In this document: one piece after another, positions 1 through 8,257 of the stretch
How the letters are laid out: the number at the start of each line of letters is the position of its first letter
Numbering within the stretch: position 1 is the first letter of the stretch
DNA from: a virus
Lineage: Duplodnaviria; Heunggongvirae; Uroviricota; Caudoviricetes
DNA length: 21,314 nt
Reading direction: 5' to 3' (one strand)
IMG/VR virus record: IMGVR_UViG_2737471853_000012
Coordinates: 1-21,314 of that record
Notes under the pieces: generated by a model
Database searches by the model: none
What the model was told of the DNA's origin: nothing
What the model saw: only the letters and a program-made list of their open reading frames with translations
Program-made: the position numbers and the translations under genes

Positions 1-270
1 TCAACCCTTACGGGTCCAGTTGTCCCGCAGCTCGCGATCAACATCGTTATCAGGCAAGTGGTTAACAGTCTGCTGTACATTGCTGGCCTCTTTCGTTGCT
101 TCTACCCGGCGTTCGGCTACTGCTTCAGTCGCTGCGGCCTTTTCTTCGGTTCGCTGCTGGTCTGCTTTCGCTTCCGCTTTGCTGGTACCGCGTGAATGAC
201 CAATGCCAAAAGCACCAGCGATAGCCGCCATTATCAGGGCAGCAATACCGACTATTGTTTCTAATCCCAT
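1..270 (-). CDS. Small lysis-cassette protein with N-terminal transmembrane helix and charged C-terminal tail; putative spanin-like component
   Basis: Complete 89-aa ORF (ATG 268-270, TGA 1-3) directly downstream of the endolysin on the same strand; hydrophobic N-terminus IVGIAALIMAAIAGAFGI then K/E/A-rich segment. Function inferred from position only. Confidence 0.4.
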   Translation of the reverse strand: MGLETIVGIAALIMAAIAGAFGIGHSRGTSKAEAKADQQRTEEKAAATEAVAERRVEATKEASNVQQTVNHLPDNDVDRELRDNWTRKG

Positions 271-277
271 ATCAACC

Positions 278-904
278 TCACATCAGTACCGTTTTGGCCT
301 GACCGAAGCGAGCGCGACGATCTTCAAGTCCGTTCGTGCCGCCGTTGATAACCTTCGTCACATGTAGCAGGTTATCTGAATAGTTCAAACATCCCTTTGT
401 AACAAAGAACCATGCCGCGCTTCTGGCTGCATAAATGGGTTCGGCTAATAGCTCAGGCTGTTGCACCAGATCAACCTTCAGGGCATTGCCGCAGTCACGA
501 TAGTTATCCATGAACGTGATGCCAATGAGTCCACGCCCACGGTATTTCCATCCATCACCTGGCGCGTTGTTACCGTAGCGTTTGCTGTATACCAGGTTAG
601 CAATGGCACGCTGACGCTCAATTGGTAATGCTCGTTCATCAGGTCGGCGACCCAGCGTATTAGCCTGGTCCTGTGTGATTCGTCCAGCTCGAATGAAGTT
701 TGCCAACCCGACTACGCTGTAATTGAAGTTTTCCTGTAGCCGGGTGAATCCTGTCGACTCATGCCCAGCCTGCGCAATGAACATGGCCTGGTCTACCGGC
801 TTGGTGATGCCGAACTCTTTCATCGCATCACTTACTGGCTGAAACCAGAGCGCAGCTAACTCGGCGCTTAGCCCAGCCGCCTTTTGAAATTGTGATTGGT
901 TCAT
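278..904 (-). CDS. Phage endolysin, glycoside hydrolase family 19 (chitinase-like lysozyme)
   Basis: 208-aa ORF whose translation carries GH19-type endolysin motifs as recalled from memory ([41 protein letters not shown]); sits right after the holin genes; start ATG overlaps upstream stop (TAATG). Confidence 0.8.
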   Translation of the reverse strand: MNQSQFQKAAGLSAELAALWFQPVSDAMKEFGITKPVDQAMFIAQAGHESTGFTRLQENFNYSVVGLANFIRAGRITQDQANTLGRRPDERALPIERQRAIANLVYSKRYGNNAPGDGWKYRGRGLIGITFMDNYRDCGNALKVDLVQQPELLAEPIYAARSAAWFFVTKGCLNYSDNLLHVTKVINGGTNGLEDRRARFGQAKTVLM

Positions 905-1185
905 TAGTGCCTCAGTGCATCAACCAGGCGCGCTACATTTCCCCGAGCCCAGAGAACGGCAGCGCATATCAGGACGTTCACCAGCACCACAAACCAGTGT
1001 GGTTCATGGTACAGGCCAAACAGGTAACGGAAAGGGACGCTGGCGTATACCAGCACCGTGAAATAAGCCATCAGCGATATCAGTGGGCGATGTCTCGCCC
1101 CGCCGCGCTGGTAGAACATCAGTGCAATAACGATAACAGCAGAGATAATTGCGTTTGCCATCGCACTCGGATCACTTGTTACCAT
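904..1185 (-). CDS. Holin-like / lysis-associated membrane protein
   Basis: Hydrophobic multi-TM ORF between holin and endolysin. Start placed at internal ATG 1183-1185, preceded by GGAGGGG; the ORF-track start at 1224 is a TTG. Overlaps upstream holin stop by 14 nt. Confidence 0.5.
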   Translation of the reverse strand: MVTSDPSAMANAIISAVIVIALMFYQRGGARHRPLISLMAYFTVLVYASVPFRYLFGLYHEPHWFVVLVNVLICAAVLWARGNVARLVDALRH

Positions 1186-1567
1186 TGCTGGCCCCTCCAC
1201 CACGTAAACGCGAGAGAATTCCAAACAGGCTACCCAAATCCTGGCTGTTAACGAACGTCAGCAGCTTAATAGCAATAGCGGCTACGATTACCGCACCCAG
1301 CGCATCAAGTGGCCTGTCGCTATACCCCGTCCATTTGGAGAAGTAAGAGCCAAGCAGTGGAGCGCCGATAACGCCGAAGATGAATGAGGTGATGAAGTAG
1401 CCTACCAGCTTAAGACGGCTGATATTAACCGCCGTAGCGACGTAGAACACCGCGCCAGCGAATGCGCCAAAAACCACACCGTAATCTATGCCGGTTGCCA
1501 GGCCGAACATGCTGGCACCCATCAGACCACCAGCCGCTACCGTAGTGCCAGAAACAGGATCGGACAT
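1172..1567 (-). CDS. Phage holin
   Basis: 131-aa ORF with Gly/Ala-rich transmembrane segments, first gene after the tR'-like terminator and ahead of the endolysin; RBS GAGGGGG 5 nt upstream of ATG. Confidence 0.6.
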   Translation of the reverse strand: MSDPVSGTTVAAGGLMGASMFGLATGIDYGVVFGAFAGAVFYVATAVNISRLKLVGYFITSFIFGVIGAPLLGSYFSKWTGYSDRPLDALGAVIVAAIAIKLLTFVNSQDLGSLFGILSRLRGGGASNGNK

Positions 1568-1610
1568 TTAGCCCCCTCTTATTGCTGTGAGTCCTCTCAG
1601 AGTGAGGGGA

Positions 1611-1635
1611 AACAAAAAAGCCCCCAGTTGGGGGC
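1611..1635 (-). terminator. Intrinsic terminator on minus strand, candidate tR' (late-operon terminator read through by Q)
   Basis: On the minus strand: GCCCCC-AACT-GGGGGC hairpin (1620-1635) followed by TTTTTTGTTT (1611-1619), about 45 nt upstream of the holin start. Confidence 0.55.
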
Positions 1636-1821
1636 CATATGAAATGATAGTTTTATGTATTCATACCCTTCGAAATGCTTAAGCACATGTCTAAATCACA
1701 ACTCTTAGCATAGTAAGATAAAAAATGCGGACCGCGTTACTTTTTTTTGCTATGATGGAAGAACTCACATCATCTATGGCATGGGCTATCAAATTCAACT
1801 AAAACATCGAGATATAAATCA

Positions 1822-2118
1822 ATGAAATCAGTAATCTACGTAGAAAATTCTGATGAGGTTGAAGTTATTGGTAATTTTTCTAATATTGAAGCGCCATTAC
1901 TCGTAGCAAAAAATATAAAAAAACTCACCGCACAAAAAAACATTTGCACCAGTAATTCAACGCATTACGAAGTTGAAGATTGCGGAGAACTTATAGCTGA
2001 GAGTAATGTGGATTTAAAAAAACATAAAAACAAGAGGGTTAGTTTAACTGATGCCACACCTCGCTTTAAAGCGTCGATAGTTTATATATTAGTAATGAGA
2101 GCCATATATGGAAAATAA
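1822..2118 (+). CDS. Hypothetical protein in AT-rich island (moron candidate)
   Basis: 98-aa ORF in a markedly AT-rich segment (about 1640-2440) on the strand opposite to the flanking Q and lysis genes; no strong RBS seen. Confidence 0.4.
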   Translation: MKSVIYVENSDEVEVIGNFSNIEAPLLVAKNIKKLTAQKNICTSNSTHYEVEDCGELIAESNVDLKKHKNKRVSLTDATPRFKASIVYILVMRAIYGK

Positions 2119-2392
2119 TGACAAACCAATGTTTAAACTAAAGAATATTGACAAGGTCAATTTAAACAAAAACTCAACAACATCTAACACTCTTGCTAAC
2201 GCAGAAAACATTAAAGAATTTACTGCAAAAAATAATCAGGCAGGCTCAAATAGAAACGAAGACAAAAATAAAGACATTTCAAAAACCAGAAAAATTTATA
2301 ACTTCATTCTTAAAAACTCATGGACTATCTGCATTGCAGTTATAAGTGCAATTATAGTGGCGATAATAAAAACAAAACTTAATATCCCGTGA
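2108..2392 (+). CDS. Hypothetical Asn/Lys-rich protein with C-terminal transmembrane anchor (moron candidate)
   Basis: 94-aa ORF overlapping the previous ORF by 11 nt; C-terminal hydrophobic stretch WTICIAVISAIIVAIIKT; same AT-rich island. Confidence 0.4.
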   Translation: MENNDKPMFKLKNIDKVNLNKNSTTSNTLANAENIKEFTAKNNQAGSNRNEDKNKDISKTRKIYNFILKNSWTICIAVISAIIVAIIKTKLNIP

Positions 2393-2439
2393 CATCTTAA
2401 TAAAGCGGCGCTCATTAATAATTAGCACCGCTTCTTCTA

Positions 2440-2802
2440 TCAATCCATATTTAGTTTAATATCAAGCATTGAAAGGCAGCCATCAATAAACCCTTCTGCC
2501 ATCTGTATCTCAATGCGTATCAGCTTCTCGTCCTTCTTTCGCGCTTTGGCTATTTTCCGCTTCGAGATTCCAAAGAGATAGTGTGCAACCAAGAGCGAAT
2601 GTTCATATGGCTTTCGTTTTTGAAGTCGAGCTAAACACCCTTCGATAATCAGAGCGTCGTCGTCAGTGCAAGAAAGTCGGGATTTACTTGTTTGAGGAAG
2701 AAGCCCTTTGAAACCAGCCGCGATTGGTGAGTAATCCACGCCAGAGCTATCGCTCGCGGCCCATCCCCCCCAACGCTCTAACACCATCTGAATATCACGC
2801 AT
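2440..2802 (-). CDS. Late-gene antitermination protein Q (phage 82 / QuuD type)
   Basis: 120-aa ORF starting MRDIQMVLERWGGWAA, with AAGFKGLL and HYLFGISKRKIAKARKK segments matching the 82-type Q family as recalled; lies just before the tR'/lysis cassette. Confidence 0.8.
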   Translation of the reverse strand: MRDIQMVLERWGGWAASDSSGVDYSPIAAGFKGLLPQTSKSRLSCTDDDALIIEGCLARLQKRKPYEHSLLVAHYLFGISKRKIAKARKKDEKLIRIEIQMAEGFIDGCLSMLDIKLNMD

Positions 2803-2819
2803 ATATTTTCTCCATACAA

Positions 2820-3881
2820 TTATGCTTTTGTTATTACGCCGATCGCCAGCGCTCGATTCATAAACCGGAATAGCAGCTCCAGCTGGGTACCGTGTTTTTT
2901 CTCGAACGCTGCAACATCAGCATGTAATTTGTCGTGACACTCTCTGCACAGAGGGATCACAAACAAATCGTGGGCTTTAGTGGCGGTACCGCCCATGCCG
3001 TGACCAATGACATGGTGTGGATCATCCGCTGGCCGCCGGCAACCTTCACAGGGCTGGGTTTTAACCCACCGGGTATAGTCCTCATTCACCCACCTGCGGT
3101 GTTTTGGGCGCAACATGTAGGATTCAGGGGATTCAGGATCCGCATGCAGAGCCAGAACCTTTGGCTGTTCATAGGCTACTTCCTGATTTGCTCCATGCTT
3201 TAATTTCGCAGCCGTGACCGCAGGGGTGACCTTCTTCTGCAAAATTCTTTTTGCCGGGGGCATCGGCACAATGTCACTTTCTCGATATACGGATAAAAAC
3301 GGCTCATCAGGTAAGCGAAGCGCATGCTGGGCCATCCTTTCCGTGATTGCATCAGCAATGCCTGAATAAACGGCCCACCAGCACAACTCACCGAGGGATA
3401 GTTCACGCTCGTTGTTGTAGCCAAGCGAAGACAGGATGGAACTGATCAGCCAGTTAATGAGATTACGCCGGGCCAGTTCTGCCAGCGCCGCGGTGGTTTG
3501 CTCGCGCAGCTGGTTATCGCAATGCCAACAGAGCATCATTGATCCAGGGGGATGTCGCATCGTTACCAGCTCATGATGGTGATAATCAGTGTGCGGGTAC
3601 TGGCATTCCTTCACGTTACGCTCTAACCAGGATTCCAGCGCGGTCAAACCGCCTGCTGCACGGATAACTCTCTCGTCGGTGAAAAATCCCTCGAGGGACT
3701 TATCTTCTGCCAGCGGCTGCCTGGCATCAGGGACGAGCCCCGACGGAAGCCCGGCCATGCTTTTCGGCTGAGGCTCCACCAGCACACGCCCCTGTTGAAA
3801 CAGAGACATCAGTTCGCTACCCGGCTTTAACACCACAAGCCCAAGGCGCGGAACAGTCTCGGCAGTAAACAGTCCTCTCAC
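2820..3881 (-). CDS. DUF968 (YdfU-like) lambdoid protein with C-terminal HNH-like Cys/His motif
   Basis: 353-aa ORF; C-terminus CEGCRRPADDPHHVIGHGMGGTATKAHDLFVIPLCRECHDKLH resembles YdfU/NinG-type zinc-binding HNH-like region; GTG start overlapping upstream stop. Confidence 0.6.
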   Translation of the reverse strand: MRGLFTAETVPRLGLVVLKPGSELMSLFQQGRVLVEPQPKSMAGLPSGLVPDARQPLAEDKSLEGFFTDERVIRAAGGLTALESWLERNVKECQYPHTDYHHHELVTMRHPPGSMMLCWHCDNQLREQTTAALAELARRNLINWLISSILSSLGYNNERELSLGELCWWAVYSGIADAITERMAQHALRLPDEPFLSVYRESDIVPMPPAKRILQKKVTPAVTAAKLKHGANQEVAYEQPKVLALHADPESPESYMLRPKHRRWVNEDYTRWVKTQPCEGCRRPADDPHHVIGHGMGGTATKAHDLFVIPLCRECHDKLHADVAAFEKKHGTQLELLFRFMNRALAIGVITKA

Positions 3882-4534
3882 GCGGCATGCCCCTTAGCGA
3901 TGTGTGCCGTCCACATGCCGCCGATCCACTCGATGCCTTTGGGCGTAAAACGTGCCTGGCTAAAGGCGTAGTTTGTTTCGCTCGTGGTGCCAGTTTTCAC
4001 TTCAAACCGCCCGGCAGCAATGTGCTGGTGCTGATATACATACTTACCCGCCAGCTCTGCTTTCACGTCCTGTGCCGCCAGCCATATCAGTTTCTTCAGC
4101 CGCTCCATCGTCTTGCCGGCCACTTTCTTAGCGCCGAGTTGATCACGGAATTCTTCCCATGCCCACTGTGTTATCGCTACCTGATACTCAAAGCGGATAT
4201 TGTCGCTGTAGTTCCACAGCAACCAGGATTTCTGGTGGTCTTCCAGCGACAGGAGGGCGCGGCGCCAGCTGGCTGTCGAGTATTCAACGGGCAGAACGAG
4301 AGCGATTGAGGAACCCTTAGCGCGGGACTGGCTGCCGCTCATCGGCGGTCCATCCGGGTTAACCATTTTTTGCTTCACCTCGCTATACACCTTCTTCCGG
4401 CCACGGCTGCGCGCCGTAGCGGTAAATTGCGCGTTCTCTGCAAAAGCTACCAGTTGCCCTTTCGTCGCACCACTCAGATCGGCGGTGGCCACTATCAGCT
4501 GCTGGCGAACAAATTCCAAGTATTGAGCTGTCAT
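3878..4534 (-). CDS. Conserved lambdoid late-region protein; possibly antitermination-like (QuuQ/PF03589-type), function uncertain
   Basis: 218-aa ORF between the ylcG-like gene and the DUF968 gene, coupled at both ends by ATGA/GTGA overlaps. Family assignment is by recollection of synteny only. Confidence 0.4.
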   Translation of the reverse strand: MTAQYLEFVRQQLIVATADLSGATKGQLVAFAENAQFTATARSRGRKKVYSEVKQKMVNPDGPPMSGSQSRAKGSSIALVLPVEYSTASWRRALLSLEDHQKSWLLWNYSDNIRFEYQVAITQWAWEEFRDQLGAKKVAGKTMERLKKLIWLAAQDVKAELAGKYVYQHQHIAAGRFEVKTGTTSETNYAFSQARFTPKGIEWIGGMWTAHIAKGHAA

Positions 4535-4671
4535 GCTGCTTCTCCCAGGCGCTTATAGATACGGACGAAATTGCGTAATATTTTGTAGTCGACCAGCACG
4601 GTGCCGCGGCTACGCAGGAGGCGAAGCTTTTGCCAGCGGTCGCGGATGCGTTCGATAACGTCACGGCTCAT
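4531..4671 (-). CDS. YlcG-like small basic protein (46 aa)
   Basis: ORF below the track's 60-aa cut-off, hand-translated as [46 protein letters not shown]; ATGA overlaps with rusA stop upstream and with the next gene start; same size and position as ylcG in DLP12-like prophages. Confidence 0.45.
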   Translation of the reverse strand: MSRDVIERIRDRWQKLRLLRSRGTVLVDYKILRNFVRIYKRLGEAA

Positions 4672-5030
4672 GCGGACTCCATTTCAGTAATGGTTAGCTC
4701 AAGCCGCCCACCTTTGACGACAGGCATTCTCTTCACGCTGTAGTAGTCAACCTGCTGGTCATCGAGCCAGAAACCCGATTTCGTCAGGGCGTCGAATGCT
4801 GCCTTTTGCAGATTGTCCAGGTCACGGCGCCGGCGATCCGGCATGTGACACTCAATACGGATTTTCAATGGCGTGGCCAGGCCGATATCAAGCATCGAGT
4901 CTTTGATGATTCTGGCGACGCTGTCGCGGTATGCCTGCCCTTCCGCGCTGATGTGTGTGCGTCCCCGGTTGTGCCGGTAGTAGCGGTTGTTGCTTGGCGG
5001 CCAGGGTAATGAAATGCGATATTGGTTCAT
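4668..5030 (-). CDS. rusA: Crossover junction endodeoxyribonuclease RusA (Holliday junction resolvase)
   Basis: 120-aa product from internal ATG ([26 protein letters not shown]...[25 protein letters not shown]) is near-identical in motifs to E. coli RusA as recalled; the longer ORF-track start is rejected because this ATG overlaps the upstream stop (ATGA). Confidence 0.9.
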   Translation of the reverse strand: MNQYRISLPWPPSNNRYYRHNRGRTHISAEGQAYRDSVARIIKDSMLDIGLATPLKIRIECHMPDRRRRDLDNLQKAAFDALTKSGFWLDDQQVDYYSVKRMPVVKGGRLELTITEMESA

Positions 5031-5317
5031 GCTTTTATCAACCCCTCTTTCATCCAGATAACCTGCGTTCTGGCCATTCCCTCCAGCGCGCACTCCTTCG
5101 CATACTCCGCATCTACCAGGCGCGTGCGGCGGTCTATTTCATCGTGACAGGATGAACAGGCGATAGCGGCGAGCAGATCAGGCGGCTTAATCCCCGTCCC
5201 GCACAATCCAGCAATGCGGATATGGGCCAATACCGTGGTTTCAGGGTTGCCGTTGCAGACGCCCGGGATGCGAACCTGGCATTCACGACCGCGAGCTGCT
5301 TTACGAAGATTGGCCAT
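5027..5317 (-). CDS. DUF1364 (YbcO-like) protein, putative nuclease
   Basis: 96-aa product from ATG 5315-5317 ([34 protein letters not shown]...), Cys-rich; RBS GGGGGTGAGC upstream; synteny with rusA as in DLP12. Confidence 0.6.
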   Translation of the reverse strand: MANLRKAARGRECQVRIPGVCNGNPETTVLAHIRIAGLCGTGIKPPDLLAAIACSSCHDEIDRRTRLVDAEYAKECALEGMARTQVIWMKEGLIKA

Positions 5318-5319
5318 GC

Positions 5320-5529
5320 TCACCCCCATATACGTTGACGAAGTGATCGCGGAGTATGCTCCGGGCGAACACAAACCGGCAGCCGGGCGCTGACCGTCCA
5401 ACTCAGATAATCCGCGTTAAGGCTTTTCTCTGTGACAATGCCTCGCGCCTGATATCTGGACACTAACTGTTCGGCCTGCTCGGTTGTGCAGTCGGGATGC
5501 TGGAACCATGAGTATTTCATCGCCATCAC
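5320..5529 (-). CDS. Hypothetical nin-region protein
   Basis: 69-aa ORF in an operon-like chain between the 198-aa gene and the ybcO-like gene; no recognised motif. Confidence 0.4.
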   Translation of the reverse strand: MMAMKYSWFQHPDCTTEQAEQLVSRYQARGIVTEKSLNADYLSWTVSARLPVCVRPEHTPRSLRQRIWG

Positions 5530-6122
5530 CCCGCAAAGCTCAGCAGCTGACTGGCGGCGTTTTCAGCCTCAGCCGGCGAGTGGAACTTGCGACGCAGAAT
5601 GTAGTTCCAAAGCACATTCAGCACTGATTTGTAGACGCCGTTAAACTGGCTGTCGTCCATGCTGGCGAAGGAGATCGACTTTGCGACACGACGACGGCTG
5701 CCGTCAGGCATCTGGTATTCGTCATAAAAGCCAGCCTGAATGGTTGCCCACTCGCGGAAGGATTCGAAGTGTTTCAGCAGCGCCATATCGCGGGAACGGG
5801 ATATACCGACCGAGGAGAGATACATCTCCGCGGCATTCTGGAGTGCAGCGCGCTGATCGAGGTCGGATGAGAGAAAGTCGATAAAACCGGATATGAGGGT
5901 ACGCTCCGCGGGCTCAATGAGACCACCGGAAGGCGTCCAGTAGTGATACCCGAGAGTCAGAAGTTTGAAGAACTTCTTGTGGAATGCGTAATTCCTGGGC
6001 TTGCGGAACTCACCGCAAAGCAGTTGCCCTACGGGGATAAGTTGCAGGTATTCGCTGGTTCCCGGCTCTGCGGGAATCAGTACGTTTTGATAACTTTTCT
6101 CAAATTGCAGTGTTTGCGCCAT
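5526..6122 (-). CDS. Conserved lambdoid nin-region protein (family not confidently identified)
   Basis: 198-aa ORF with normal GC content; stop overlaps next gene start. Confidence 0.5.
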   Translation of the reverse strand: MAQTLQFEKSYQNVLIPAEPGTSEYLQLIPVGQLLCGEFRKPRNYAFHKKFFKLLTLGYHYWTPSGGLIEPAERTLISGFIDFLSSDLDQRAALQNAAEMYLSSVGISRSRDMALLKHFESFREWATIQAGFYDEYQMPDGSRRRVAKSISFASMDDSQFNGVYKSVLNVLWNYILRRKFHSPAEAENAASQLLSFAG

Positions 6123-6212
6123 GTGTCCCCACTTGGCGCCGGGGTAAAGTTGTCAGTTGTCCAGACTGACCAAGTAATTATGGATGGCTGATGCTTATAA
6201 ATCAATGGACAA

Positions 6213-6491
6213 CTAATGGGTAAATTCCTTGGGAACAGGAGATATACCAGATAGAGAAATTAAATCAGGCAACTCATTGCCATGTAAAGTTCGCCCAACA
6301 CCAACCGCGTAGACTTTGCCATCTACTGGAATCAAATGAACATCATATGAACGATTGAATTGTGCGTTTGGCGGCCGATGACTACTGCCTACTGATGATT
6401 CAAAAATAGTCAACCTGCTTTTTAATTCTGTATCTTCATGGATTTCTCCATCACGCCCGTATCCTACTAGCAAATATTGAATTTTATTCAT
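6213..6491 (-). CDS. Small hypothetical protein, AT-rich, apparent paralog of the 6771-7019 product
   Basis: 92-aa product from ATG 6489-6491 preceded by GAGGGTGAA; the longer ORF-track start would overlap the upstream gene. Shares YxLL..G and DVH(L/I)..D.G..V segments with the 82-aa protein. Confidence 0.45.
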   Translation of the reverse strand: MNKIQYLLVGYGRDGEIHEDTELKSRLTIFESSVGSSHRPPNAQFNRSYDVHLIPVDGKVYAVGVGRTLHGNELPDLISLSGISPVPKEFTH

Positions 6492-6510
6492 TTCACCCTC
6501 GATTAATCGG

Positions 6511-6768
6511 CTATTTCTTAGAGTTCTGCTCGGCCATTTCAATATAGCGCGGATCGGATGCCTTGGGGAGTTGGATGCTCTGCTCGCGGTAGTAGCGGAC
6601 GCGCTCCATGAAATACTCACGTAGATGCTCAGGCTGCTCTCTGGCCACCACTTCGGCGACAACCGGCATGTTCAGGCGCTCTTTGTAAGCGACGCCGGAC
6701 GCTGCCAGGTCGACGTTGACCTTGTCCTGATCGTCTTTCGATTTGGCTGCAATGTTGAATTTACTCAT
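6511..6768 (-). CDS. Hypothetical protein
   Basis: 85-aa ORF tightly packed between the two paralogous small genes; charged, no recognised motif. Confidence 0.45.
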   Translation of the reverse strand: MSKFNIAAKSKDDQDKVNVDLAASGVAYKERLNMPVVAEVVAREQPEHLREYFMERVRYYREQSIQLPKASDPRYIEMAEQNSKK

Positions 6769-6770
6769 GA

Positions 6771-7019
6771 TTAATCATCTACATATCGCACATCCAGAAC
6801 CACGTTTCCATCAAGGTCCTTTCTCACAATATGAACATCTTCCTTAAATGGCGGCTTGGTTTGCTCGATAACAGTCACTGTAGCTGTGCCAATTTTGTTC
6901 TGATTCTCATCCAGGACAATGTAACTTCTATCTATGCGGCTTGCTAAATGCCCCCTCCTGACTGTTCCATCGTCCAAAAGAGTGTAGCCAGCTTCAAGGT
7001 TCATTTTTTCTTTAAACAT
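6771..7019 (-). CDS. Small hypothetical protein, AT-rich, apparent paralog of the 6213-6491 product
   Basis: 82-aa ORF with strong RBS GAGGGGGA 4-5 nt before ATG 7017-7019; preceded by an inverted repeat and a TATATAAT -10-like element. Confidence 0.5.
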   Translation of the reverse strand: MFKEKMNLEAGYTLLDDGTVRRGHLASRIDRSYIVLDENQNKIGTATVTVIEQTKPPFKEDVHIVRKDLDGNVVLDVRYVDD

Positions 7020-7095
7020 AAATCCCCCTCAGGTTATGAAGGGGATTATATATCACTAACAGATTAGCTGCGCGGCTTTGCGTTCTGCGGGGGAT

Positions 7096-7218
7096 TTAGC
7101 CACGAATCGCACTCCACGCCAGATTGATTAATGACTCCCAGGCAATATAAACCCGGATACCAGCAACCAGGCCGAAGCCAATCACCATGGCATAAAGCAG
7201 AGCATTGCACTTGGTCAT
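7096..7218 (-). CDS. Small membrane peptide (40 aa)
   Basis: MTKCNALLYAMVIGFGLVAGIRVYIAWESLINLAWSAIRG; ATG 7216-7218 overlaps the upstream stop (TGATG) and is preceded by GGAGGTGA; single predicted TM helix. Confidence 0.4.
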   Translation of the reverse strand: MTKCNALLYAMVIGFGLVAGIRVYIAWESLINLAWSAIRG

Positions 7219-7685
7219 CACCTCACCTCCTGCGGCGCTGCTGGCAGCGGCATCCAGTGGGTGATTTTCTCTGGCTCCCAGCACTGCCAATGACCATACA
7301 TGGCATGATGAACTCGCTTATACATTCCGTCGAATGTGAGAACAGATACATCATTCTCCGGCATCCGCTCGCTTACCGGAATCCATTTACCCGGCACGGT
7401 GGCAGGGTCACTGCCGGGAGACTGCGGGGCGGCTGCGAGCTCACGAACAATGCGCTTAATGCTGTCGATACGGTCATCATCAACAGGGTCTACCGTTTCA
7501 ATCCGATCAAGCATCATCAGCGCTGCGTTTGCTTTATCGTTGCATGTCCAACCATCCGGAATCACCTGAGAGTTGCCAGCCTCATAAGCTACGCGCATCC
7601 AGTGATAAAAAGCTTCAGAGGTAACACAGCCGCAATCAACCTCAATGACGCCGTTTTGTTGCGATAACCATTCTTCGAATTTCAT
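7218..7685 (-). CDS. DUF551-like phage protein
   Basis: 155-aa ORF with Trp-rich C-terminus ending HWMPLPAAPQ, typical of DUF551 proteins in lambdoid nin regions as recalled. Confidence 0.5.
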   Translation of the reverse strand: MKFEEWLSQQNGVIEVDCGCVTSEAFYHWMRVAYEAGNSQVIPDGWTCNDKANAALMMLDRIETVDPVDDDRIDSIKRIVRELAAAPQSPGSDPATVPGKWIPVSERMPENDVSVLTFDGMYKRVHHAMYGHWQCWEPEKITHWMPLPAAPQEVR

Positions 7686-8257
7686 GACTTACCTCCGTTG
7701 AGCATGGCGGCGCGTAGAACCCGCGCAATGCGTTCACGAAGTTGCTGTGTCCCATGATATTCAATCGCAATATCGCGCAACTGATTAACCAGTTCGCGGA
7801 TTTGATGGTCTTTCGGCACTACCGTCGCTGGCTGCGCGTGGCGACAGAGAAGCACATCTCCCATCTCTTCGCGCTCAGGAGGCCACACATCGGCATCAGC
7901 ACCACTTAGGAGATAATCAAGGTTAGCCAGGTCAATTACCGCCACCGGCTCGCTGTCCGCTACCGGCTGCGCTGGCGGCATATCTGGACCTTTGCGAATA
8001 GCTTTTGCCAGCTCGATAGGGTCATCGTAAAGCCAGTCTCCGGTTTCAGGGTGGTTGGCTTCCGCCAGTTTGGCGGCCCACTCCAGACCGTCTTTGTGTC
8101 CCTGTAGGTAGTCGATAGGCAAACACTCAGACTCGCTGTCCATTGCGGCCAGAGCCATGCGGGCTAGTTCCTGCACCTCTTCGTGCGTACACTTCACCCA
8201 TGCGCCAGGATTTGCTATCTGAGCTATTCGCTCTCTGGTTATGGTTGATTTGGTCAT
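7682..8257 (-). CDS. Hypothetical phage protein
   Basis: 191-aa ORF, operon-embedded with 4-nt overlaps to both neighbours. Confidence 0.55.
   Translation of the reverse strand: MTKSTITRERIAQIANPGAWVKCTHEEVQELARMALAAMDSESECLPIDYLQGHKDGLEWAAKLAEANHPETGDWLYDDPIELAKAIRKGPDMPPAQPVADSEPVAVIDLANLDYLLSGADADVWPPEREEMGDVLLCRHAQPATVVPKDHQIRELVNQLRDIAIEYHGTQQLRERIARVLRAAMLNGGKS

Noticed and set aside
892-1346. Plus-strand ORFs 892-1251 and 1149-1346 across the holin/endolysin region
   Set aside because: They are antisense to well-supported lysis genes with strong RBSs and recognisable products; translations are Cys/His/Pro-rich, typical of shadow frames.
2934-4664. ORFs 2934-3203 (+), 3200-3424 (-), 3589-3771 (+), 3887-4309 (+), 4370-4558 (+), 4383-4664 (-)
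   Set aside because: All lie inside or antisense to the DUF968 and 218-aa genes in other frames; the 4535-4671 gap is better explained by the 46-aa ylcG-like ORF coupled by ATGA overlaps.
4806-6191. Plus-strand ORFs 4806-5009, 4955-5155, 5681-5884, 5943-6191
   Set aside because: Antisense to rusA, the ybcO-like gene and the 198-aa gene; Arg/Cys-rich translations with no RBS.
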